Source: Spirochaetales bacterium (lineage in GTDB: Bacteria > Spirochaetota > Spirochaetia > SZUA-6 > RPPD01). From it: DNA of 64,000 bases. Of this stretch, positions 57,205-64,000 are shown piece after piece (the stretch's first letter is position 1; each line of letters opens with the position of its first letter). The DNA is taken from contig JAFGGG010000021.1 in the NCBI GenBank assembly GCA_016930675.1, positions 38,905-102,904 on the forward strand. Direction: 5' to 3'. The translations under genes were made by a program, and so were the position numbers. Below the pieces are notes generated by a model, which saw only the letters and a list, made by a program, of their open reading frames with translations, did no database searches and was not told where the DNA came from.

Positions 57205-58710
57205 ATGTCCGAAAGCGGGTATCTATTAGGGTATGATTTGGGAAGTTCTTTTATCAAAGCGTCTTTGCTGGACGCGGAGTCGGGTAACTGTATTGCCCAA
57301 GCCGCCTCGACCGATACGGAGCTGCCCATTTCTTCTCCTCAATCCGGCTGGGCCGAACAGCACCCGGACGTATGGTGGGAACATATTGTAAACGCCACCT
57401 TAAAAATAAAGGAGAAAGTGGGGCAGATAATAAATGATGTGAGAGCGATCGGCATTTCATATCAGATGCATGGTTTGGTAATTGTTGGTAAAGAAATGCA
57501 GGTACTTCATCCGGCCATTATCTGGTGTGACAGCCGCGCGGTTGAATTGGGGAACAAAGCTTTTTCAGAGATTGGCAGAGAGAAATGTCTCTCCCGCCTG
57601 CTTAATTCTCCGGGCAATTTTACCGCTTCCAAACTGGCCTGGGTAAAGCAAAACCTGCCGGACATTTTCGGTAACATATATAAAATGATGCTTCCCGGAG
57701 ATTATATTGCCTATAAACTCACAGGTGAGCTTAAGACCACGAGCACGGGTTTGTCCGAAGGAATTCTGTGGGATTATCAGTCCCAGGATCTCGCCCATTT
57801 AGTGCTTGATTATTATGCCCTTCCCGCAGATTTAATCCCCAATCGGGTTCCGGTATTCGCGGTTCAAGGTAAACTCAGCAAGCAAGCGGCGCAAGCAACA
57901 GGACTTCCTCCAGGTATTCCTGTGTCCTACCGCGCCGGCGATCAGCCTAATAATGCTCTATCGCTTAACGTGCTCAATCCGGGCGAAATCGCCGCTACAG
58001 CGGGAACTTCCGGTGTTGTATACGGAGTCGGGGATAAGGCAAATTACGACAGTAAATCACGGGTTAATATTTTCGTGCATGTTAATCATACTAAAGAATC
58101 ACCGCGCTACGGAACCCTGCTCTGCTTAAACGGAGCGGGTATTCTTAATTCATGGTCGAGGAACAATCTTTTCACCGTAAAATCAGCCGGACTGAGCTAT
58201 CAAGAAATGAACGAGCTGGCGGAACAGGCTCCGGTAGGAAGCGGCGGCCTATGCATCCTTCCCTACGGTAATGGTGCCGAGAGGACTTTGGAAAATAAAA
58301 ATATCGCCGCATCCGTGCACGGATTGAATTTTAACCTACACAATAAAACTCATTACGCGCGCGCAGTACAGGAAGGTGTTGTTTTTGCCCTGCATTACGG
58401 CCTGTGTATTATGGAAGATATGGGAGTTCCCGTAAAAGTGATCAAAGCCGGGCATGCCAATATGTTTTTAAGCCCGCTTTTCGCCACCGCGTTCTCCACG
58501 CTCACTGACTCTGTAATCGAGCTTTATAATACGGACGGTTCACAGGGTGCGGCGCGCGGTGCGGGTATCGGAGCGGGCATTTACGCTAATGCCGAGCAAG
58601 CTTTTGATAATCTTAAGGTAATTAAAACAATAGAACCCAATTCTCGCCAACGGCATGCTTATCATGAAGCCTACGCCCGTTGGCTGGAGTTCTTAAATAA
58701 GTATGTATAA
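57205..58710 (+). CDS. xylB: Xylulokinase (FGGY carbohydrate kinase)
   Basis: FGGY N- and C-terminal domains (LGYDLGSS…). ATG at 57205 with an AGAGGAG RBS. The track begins at an upstream GTG. Confidence 0.85.
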   Translation: MSESGYLLGYDLGSSFIKASLLDAESGNCIAQAASTDTELPISSPQSGWAEQHPDVWWEHIVNATLKIKEKVGQIINDVRAIGISYQMHGLVIVGKEMQVLHPAIIWCDSRAVELGNKAFSEIGREKCLSRLLNSPGNFTASKLAWVKQNLPDIFGNIYKMMLPGDYIAYKLTGELKTTSTGLSEGILWDYQSQDLAHLVLDYYALPADLIPNRVPVFAVQGKLSKQAAQATGLPPGIPVSYRAGDQPNNALSLNVLNPGEIAATAGTSGVVYGVGDKANYDSKSRVNIFVHVNHTKESPRYGTLLCLNGAGILNSWSRNNLFTVKSAGLSYQEMNELAEQAPVGSGGLCILPYGNGAERTLENKNIAASVHGLNFNLHNKTHYARAVQEGVVFALHYGLCIMEDMGVPVKVIKAGHANMFLSPLFATAFSTLTDSVIELYNTDGSQGAARGAGIGAGIYANAEQAFDNLKVIKTIEPNSRQRHAYHEAYARWLEFLNKYV

Positions 58711-58735
58711 TAACTAATAAGAAAAGGAGAAACTA

Positions 58736-59941
58736 ATGACTAAAAGAAAAATCTCTATGCCTTTTTGGTGTGTTTCCAATCCTGTGGGAGATCCCTTTGG
58801 ACCGGCGGTAATGGAAAGATTAACATCTCTTGAAGTCTGTGAAATTCTCTGCGATGCAAAAAAGCAGGGATTAATCGATTACACCTCGGCACACGATGAT
58901 GATCTTGTCCCATGGGACGCTGCTCACCCGGAGGATGATCTGGATGAAAGCAGCGCGACCTTTAAAACACTGCAAGAGTTAAAAACCAAACTTCATGCCG
59001 CGGGCCTGAGTATAAATATGATTTCATGTAATTTACACGCTAATACCGTATTCAGAAACGGCGGCCTTACTAATCCTGATCCTGAAATCAGAGCCTTGGC
59101 AGCTCAAAAAGTGATGCGCAACATCCGCATTGCTCACTTTTTAAAGGCCGAGTATATAACCTATTGGGTGGCCCGGGACGGCTTTGAATGTCAATTTTCC
59201 ATTCCCTGGGACAGATGCTATAAATATATTGAAAACGGCCTGAATCTCGCCACCAGATATATTAAACAAAATAATTTCTGCATCAAAGGCGGCACCATAG
59301 AAAGCAAACCGAACGAACCCAGAGGAGAGATGTTCCTGGCCACGACCGGCCATGCCCTCGGCCTTATCAGCCGCCTTGAAGACCCCGACTTTTGGGGAGT
59401 CAATCCGGAAATTCTCCAACATGAAGGCATGACCAATTTGTCGGCCATTAATGCGATCGGTATGGCGATTAACGCCGGCAAACTTTATTTTATCCATTTG
59501 GGGAACCAAAAACCCGGCCAGTTCGACAACGACAGTCCGGTAATGACCGGCATGGATGGAGTAAAGGAGCTTGTCGGTGTGTTGTGGATGATGAAAAAAT
59601 TAAACTGGAATGGTATCATTGAATTTGACAATCACGTTTTACGGACAGACACGGCTCCCGGCAAAAAAAACGCAATTAAAATCAGAAAAGACTTCATTAA
59701 GCACAATGTGGAAAGCTACCGCTTGGCGGAAACAAAAGCCGACCAGATGGCGGAAAACTCAATGCTCAATAAATTATTCTCTGAAATCTGCGACAGACAA
59801 TCGCCGCTTGCAAGTGCATTGGAAAATTATGATTTTGACACCATTGCGAGTTCAAAAATAGATTATGACACATTAAACACGACTCCCGTTAAAATCGCGC
59901 AACTGGATTATGAGGTAAATAAGGCACTGTTGGGACTGTAG
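58736..59941 (+). CDS. xylA: Xylose isomerase, class I (short, actinobacterial/Thermus-type) homolog
   Basis: Collinear with class I XI: PFW…DPFG, AHDDDLVP, IESKPNEPRGE, TGHALGLISRL, GVNPE…HEGMTNL. There are deviations at WGGREG (WVARDG) and HIDLN (FIHLGN). Confidence 0.75.
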   Translation: MTKRKISMPFWCVSNPVGDPFGPAVMERLTSLEVCEILCDAKKQGLIDYTSAHDDDLVPWDAAHPEDDLDESSATFKTLQELKTKLHAAGLSINMISCNLHANTVFRNGGLTNPDPEIRALAAQKVMRNIRIAHFLKAEYITYWVARDGFECQFSIPWDRCYKYIENGLNLATRYIKQNNFCIKGGTIESKPNEPRGEMFLATTGHALGLISRLEDPDFWGVNPEILQHEGMTNLSAINAIGMAINAGKLYFIHLGNQKPGQFDNDSPVMTGMDGVKELVGVLWMMKKLNWNGIIEFDNHVLRTDTAPGKKNAIKIRKDFIKHNVESYRLAETKADQMAENSMLNKLFSEICDRQSPLASALENYDFDTIASSKIDYDTLNTTPVKIAQLDYEVNKALLGL

Positions 59942-59976
59942 AAAGAAACGAAATATCGTCTTATTGTATATTTTAT

Positions 59977-60037
59977 GCTCACGGATTTGCACGGATAAAA
60001 AAAAGATCCTGTATTAATCCGTGGTTTTCCGTAAGCT
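59977..60037. repeat. Intergenic inverted-repeat element, diverged copy C (CTCACGGATTTGCACGGAT…ATCCGTGGTTTTCCGTAAG)
   Basis: Two direct CACGGAT half-sites 11 nt apart, mirrored by two inverted ATCCGTG/TCCGTAAG half-sites. Shares CTCACGGA…ACGGA with copies A and B. Confidence 0.45.
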
Positions 60038-60103
60038 GCATTTCTATCTGAAGACTACGAAATGCTTAGTATATTTGGTTGGTCTACTTAGGCAGAAAGG
60101 TTT

Positions 60104-61753
60104 TTATATTTTAAACTGTTGCTCTTCTTTATATAAGAAATAATCGAAATCCGCGTGGCAGTTTGTACCGTTTAAATCCTGGCAGGCAATCCCCGCAAAC
60201 ATACCTGTAAACCCCAGAGGATTAACATAATCATCGGAAAGCACTTTTGATTCCAGAATTGGTCCGATCGCTTTCCAATTCTCTTTATCAACTGAATAGT
60301 GAAACCGGATCTTCTCATAGATCATTTGTACTGCAAGATATACTTTGTCAGTGTTGACCTCAATCTCGGGCAATACGGGCATGGTAAAATTTCTGCGGTC
60401 ATAAACCAGAATACCGAGACTGTTTTTTTCTTCATCATTCTTGCTCATACGCAGATAATATTGATTATTGTCGTCATATCGTAAAATGAGTCCCGCCATG
60501 GTATTAATATTAGCGGGAGTAAACTCTAAGCATGTCTCTGCATAAAAGGTAAAGTCTTGAACTCTTCTGGCAATAAGCGTCTGATAAAAGGGAGATATCA
60601 AGGACTCGCCGCCATATAATCTTATATATCCTTTGCGCTCGGTCAATGACAGCTTATTATTAAGCGGCACGCGTAATGTTTGAAATTCAGGAGCCAGCTC
60701 CTGCTCATTAAAATCCGTAAAGAATTCTCGCTTGTTCTTCTTTTCTACAGCCTGTCCTGAAAATTCCACATGAATTTCAGGTTTATCGGATGCCAGATAA
60801 AGCCAGTCGTCGTCTTTCCATATAACCTTTTGCAGTGCCGTTTCTCTTCCCAACGGACAGTAGATAGAACCGGGAAGCGGCCGTCCGCAAAGATGGGCGA
60901 TAATCCATTCATCATCCTTCCAAGGGCAGATACTGGCATGTCCCGCCTTTTGCAGACCGTTGTGCAGATGTTGCATGGGATTCTTCCCCTGCTGCACACT
61001 CTTTTTAAAACTGGCATGATCTTTTACACCGGTAACAAGAGGATTTTGCGGATGAACTTCATACGGACCGTCAAGATTTCTCGAACGAGCCAGGGTAACC
61101 GCATGTTCATAAGACGTTCCGCCTTCGGCTGTAAGCAGATAGTACCAGCCGTTTCTTTTATAAATGTGGGGGCCTTCAGTTAAACGAATATCAGTTCCCT
61201 TAAAAATATTTTTTACCGGTCCTATTAATCTTTTTCTTTTTTGGTCATACTCTTGTAAAACAATCCCCGCGAATGGATTTCTGCCGACCCTGTAATCCCA
61301 GAACATATTTACCAGCCATTTGCGTCCGTCATTGTCATGAAACAGCGAAGGATCAAAACCGCTGCTGTTAAGATATACCGGTTCCGACCATGGCCCTTCT
61401 ATATTCTTTGCCGTGACAAGATAATTGTGAGTATCTTTAAATCCCGACGCTTCATTGTTAGCACCAATCCATACTTTTGTATTGGTATATATAAGGTAGA
61501 ATAAACCGCTATCATAAGTCAGACAAGGCGCCCATACTCCTCCTGAAGGCGGAATACCGTATAAGTTCAATTGAGATACTCTTGAAAGTGGCCTGGATAC
61601 AAGATCCCAGTTTACAAGATCTTTTGAATGATAAATTTGTACTCCCGGAAACCATTCAAATGTGGAAGTCGCAATATAAAAATTATTGCTCACCCGCAAG
61701 ATAGATGGATCGGGATGAAATCCGGGGAGTATGGGATTTTCTATACGGAGCAT
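60104..61753 (-). CDS. Glycoside hydrolase family 43 (beta-xylosidase/alpha-L-arabinofuranosidase)
   Basis: GH43 N-terminus NPILPGFHPDPSI and a C-terminal beta-sandwich domain. Confidence 0.85.
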   Translation of the reverse strand: MLRIENPILPGFHPDPSILRVSNNFYIATSTFEWFPGVQIYHSKDLVNWDLVSRPLSRVSQLNLYGIPPSGGVWAPCLTYDSGLFYLIYTNTKVWIGANNEASGFKDTHNYLVTAKNIEGPWSEPVYLNSSGFDPSLFHDNDGRKWLVNMFWDYRVGRNPFAGIVLQEYDQKRKRLIGPVKNIFKGTDIRLTEGPHIYKRNGWYYLLTAEGGTSYEHAVTLARSRNLDGPYEVHPQNPLVTGVKDHASFKKSVQQGKNPMQHLHNGLQKAGHASICPWKDDEWIIAHLCGRPLPGSIYCPLGRETALQKVIWKDDDWLYLASDKPEIHVEFSGQAVEKKNKREFFTDFNEQELAPEFQTLRVPLNNKLSLTERKGYIRLYGGESLISPFYQTLIARRVQDFTFYAETCLEFTPANINTMAGLILRYDDNNQYYLRMSKNDEEKNSLGILVYDRRNFTMPVLPEIEVNTDKVYLAVQMIYEKIRFHYSVDKENWKAIGPILESKVLSDDYVNPLGFTGMFAGIACQDLNGTNCHADFDYFLYKEEQQFKI

Positions 61754-61757
61754 GAAA

Positions 61758-62612
61758 CTATTCCTTCAAACTCCCGAAAGAGACACCTGTAATAAGGAAT
61801 CTCTGTAAAAAGGCGAATACGACGATAATCGGAAATATCGATAAAGCTACCGCCAGATAAATGGCTCCGTAATCCCTGGCGTACAGGGAAGAGTTCAACT
61901 GGGCGACCATCAATGGAAGCGTATAGTTATCTTCCGTAGTCAGCACGATTAACGGCAATAGAAAGTTATTCCAGTTAAATACAAATCCGAAAATAGCCAT
62001 GGTGGCGATACCCGGCGACATGATGGGTAACGCGATCCTGTGAAAAATACTCAAGTCGTGCGCGCCGTCGATACGCGCCGCCTGGATGATATACTCCGGC
62101 AGTACCGAGCGGATATACTGCCTTAAGAAATAAACAGTGGCTGCAGCTGCTCCCGCTGGTAAAATTAATGCCAATAGACTATCCAAGAGATTCATCCTGA
62201 GATAAAGGTCATAGAGACCGATCAGTCCCAATTGAGCGGGAATCATCATGGACGCCATGATAATACCGAAGCATACCTTCTTAAGCGGAAACTCATAAAA
62301 TACAAAACCGTAAGCCGTAAGCGATGCTATGTAAATACTGAGTGTTGTTGCGCAGACTGCGACAATAGTACTGTTTACAAAGCCCATGAAAAAATTGATA
62401 TTGGCGGTAATGATGAGGATTGTCTTCATGTTGCCGATGATATTGGAGCCCGGAATAAGCGTTACGCCTGTGTTAATCTCAACGTTGGTTCGGCTCCCGT
62501 TGACTATCATAATATAAAAGGGAATTATACATAGAACCGCCAATATAATGAGAAATACATATAATAATGTTCTGCTAATCTGTAGTTTAAGTTTTGCCGC
62601 ACTTATTTCCAT
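61758..62612 (-). CDS. ABC sugar transporter permease (MalG-like)
   Basis: EAA-loop-type permease with 6 TM. Confidence 0.8.
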   Translation of the reverse strand: MEISAAKLKLQISRTLLYVFLIILAVLCIIPFYIMIVNGSRTNVEINTGVTLIPGSNIIGNMKTILIITANINFFMGFVNSTIVAVCATTLSIYIASLTAYGFVFYEFPLKKVCFGIIMASMMIPAQLGLIGLYDLYLRMNLLDSLLALILPAGAAAATVYFLRQYIRSVLPEYIIQAARIDGAHDLSIFHRIALPIMSPGIATMAIFGFVFNWNNFLLPLIVLTTEDNYTLPLMVAQLNSSLYARDYGAIYLAVALSIFPIIVVFAFLQRFLITGVSFGSLKE

Positions 62613-63586
62613 TATGCCTCTCCTCTTGAAACTCTTGTAATCATCTTTAAATATATGATTGAAAATATTCCTATAAGCACAAACAGCATATATGATATAG
62701 CTGCCGCGTAGCCGAAGTTAGGATTGGTCAGCCCGAATGCCTGGCGGTACATATACAACACCATGGTTGTCAGCGCCTTCCCTGTTTCACCTCCGACACC
62801 GACCATGGTCCCGGTGGTAAACACAAAGGGGATGTCGAATATCTGCATCCCTCCTATGAGTGAGGTGACTATTACAAAGGTGAACACAGGCATCAACAGG
62901 GGAAGCGTTATCTTAAAAAAGGTCTGGGTGGCGGAGGCCCCGTCAAGGTCGGCGGCCTCATAATAAGTTTTGGGTATACCCTGCATTCCCGCCATTAATA
63001 GTATCATGCTCACTCCAAACCACTGCCAGGTTTGAATAATGGAGACCACCATCTGCGCCCTCATAGGATTAACCAGGATATTTAACTCAGGAGGGTATGA
63101 TCCGCCCGGAAAGTTGGCTGCCGGTCCGTGAATAATCTGGTTGATGGCGCCGTGCTGCCAGTCCAGGAGCACCAACGCCAGTATTCCGACCGAAGCCGCG
63201 GTTACCAGGTTGGGAAAATAGAATATGGCTCTGAAAAAACTTACTCCCCTCATTTTCAGGCGCGTATTTGTGAAAATCACACCTAAAAATAAAGCGATTA
63301 CCAATTGCATTATAATATTGGGCAGCCATATCCGCCACGTGTTAATAAACGCCAGCCAAAACTCGCCGGGAACATCCAGTTTATCCGCTCCGGCAAACCT
63401 TGTACCGAGTTCGGTAAAAATTCTGGCGTAATGGTGAAAGCCGATAAACTCGGGATCGGCGAATCCGTCCCACTTCGTAAGGCTTAAGAAAAACGTATAG
63501 AAAACAGGGTATAGATTAAACGTGATATAAAAAATGAAAAAAGGGAGAATAAATAACAGACCTATATATTTTTTCTGCATTTTCAT
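62612..63586 (-). CDS. ABC sugar transporter permease (MalF-like)
   Basis: Permease. Its stop overlaps the next gene's start. Confidence 0.8.
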   Translation of the reverse strand: MKMQKKYIGLLFILPFFIFYITFNLYPVFYTFFLSLTKWDGFADPEFIGFHHYARIFTELGTRFAGADKLDVPGEFWLAFINTWRIWLPNIIMQLVIALFLGVIFTNTRLKMRGVSFFRAIFYFPNLVTAASVGILALVLLDWQHGAINQIIHGPAANFPGGSYPPELNILVNPMRAQMVVSIIQTWQWFGVSMILLMAGMQGIPKTYYEAADLDGASATQTFFKITLPLLMPVFTFVIVTSLIGGMQIFDIPFVFTTGTMVGVGGETGKALTTMVLYMYRQAFGLTNPNFGYAAAISYMLFVLIGIFSIIYLKMITRVSRGEA

Positions 63587-63661
63587 TATAAAAGGTCTCC
63601 TTGATTTATATTTAGGCCGGGAAAATAAACTTCCCGGCCTTAAAAGGTATAAAAACTTTAC

Positions 63662-64000
63662 TTAGTCAACTTGTATGTCCGGGAATGCATTCTTGACATC
63701 GGATTTAAACTGTTTAATAGCTTCATCTTTTGTCATTGTGCCTTCCACGTAATTGTTAATAGCTCCCATTAAGAAGCCTCTGATATCCAGATCATACTTT
63801 GCTAACAGTGAACCATTAACCTTTGCAGCTTCACTCGCAAAAAAGAGATAGTGGTTTTGTCCGGCCAACAACTCATCGGCGAAATCGTTCTTGATCTGCT
63901 CAACAACTTTTGCGTTTCCGAGGAAGTCTCCGGTCTCTTTTGCCCACCAGGTAAGAGTTTCTTCATCCAGGGTGAACATTTTTACGAATTCCCATGCAAT
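63662..64000 (-). CDS. Extracellular solute-binding protein of ABC sugar transporter (C-terminal part; gene continues beyond window)
   Basis: ORF open to the window edge. It is followed by an intercistronic GGCCGGGAAg…CCCGGCC hairpin at 63613-63640. Confidence 0.6.
   Translation of the reverse strand: MAWEFVKMFTLDEETLTWWAKETGDFLGNAKVVEQIKNDFADELLAGQNHYLFFASEAAKVNGSLLAKYDLDIRGFLMGAINNYVEGTMTKDEAIKQFKSDVKNAFPDIQVD

Noticed and set aside
1-64000. Scan for CRISPR arrays, tRNA/rRNA genes, transposases/integrases
   Set aside because: No regularly spaced direct repeats were found. The only repeat-like signals are the three intergenic hairpin elements and low-complexity AT tracts. No cloverleaf-like GC-rich 75-nt blocks. 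No transposase or integrase-like ORFs.

Overview
This is a 64 kb bacterial chromosomal window of about 40-45% GC. Many genes carry Shine-Dalgarno-type sites. The gene content is not enterobacterial and resembles a Spirochaete-like or other didermic non-proteobacterium, which is inference.

Layout from low to high coordinates:
- An E. coli-style tryptophan operon on the minus strand, trpE-trpGD-trpCF-trpB-trpA, with fused trpG-D and trpC-F.
- Upstream of it, a 22-codon leader peptide ending WWWFW, followed by a cascade of alternative hairpins and two U-tailed terminators. This is a classic ribosome-mediated trp attenuator whose promoter leaves a near-leaderless mRNA.
- A divergently transcribed secreted HExxH protein.
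- A stand-alone ilvB-like acetolactate synthase large subunit with no adjacent ilvN. It is preceded by a 31-codon Val/Leu-rich leader peptide (VLVLVVVVV), a strong U8 terminator, and two CGGATTT..AAATCCG palindromes.
- An accessory-looking signalling stretch: an AraC/GyrI regulator; a zinc-ribbon Ser/Thr kinase; an APC permease fused to a PTS-EIIA(Ntr) domain; a cNMP-binding protein; a secreted ankyrin protein; a PaaI thioesterase; and two tandem class-III nucleotidyl-cyclase-homology proteins, one with a receiver-like N-terminus.
- An ECF sigma/FecR-like anti-sigma module with a CBM-like tail, then an M32 carboxypeptidase, an ATP-cone-uridine-kinase-like fusion, thrS and a PadR regulator.
- Two strikingly AT-rich (~25% GC) islands. 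Each carries one giant hybrid sensor: a 7TMR-DISM HK-REC-LuxR protein, and a PBP-HK-REC-GGDEF-Zn-ribbon protein.
- glf, DUF72, an alpha/beta hydrolase and ogt.
- A YtrA(GntR)-SPFH-ABC(ATPase+2xFtsX)-LolA-like-OM barrel operon.
- An Hsp20 pair divergent from a truncated J-domain protein.
- System II cytochrome c biogenesis genes ccsA and resB.
- A xylB-xylA (class I xylose isomerase)-GH43-ABC sugar uptake locus.

The most novel-looking signal is a small family of imperfect-inverted-repeat intergenic elements built on CTCACGGAG/ACGGAG half-sites, with three copies. One copy is embedded inside the trp operon between trpD and trpC. No CRISPR, tRNA/rRNA or transposase genes were seen.
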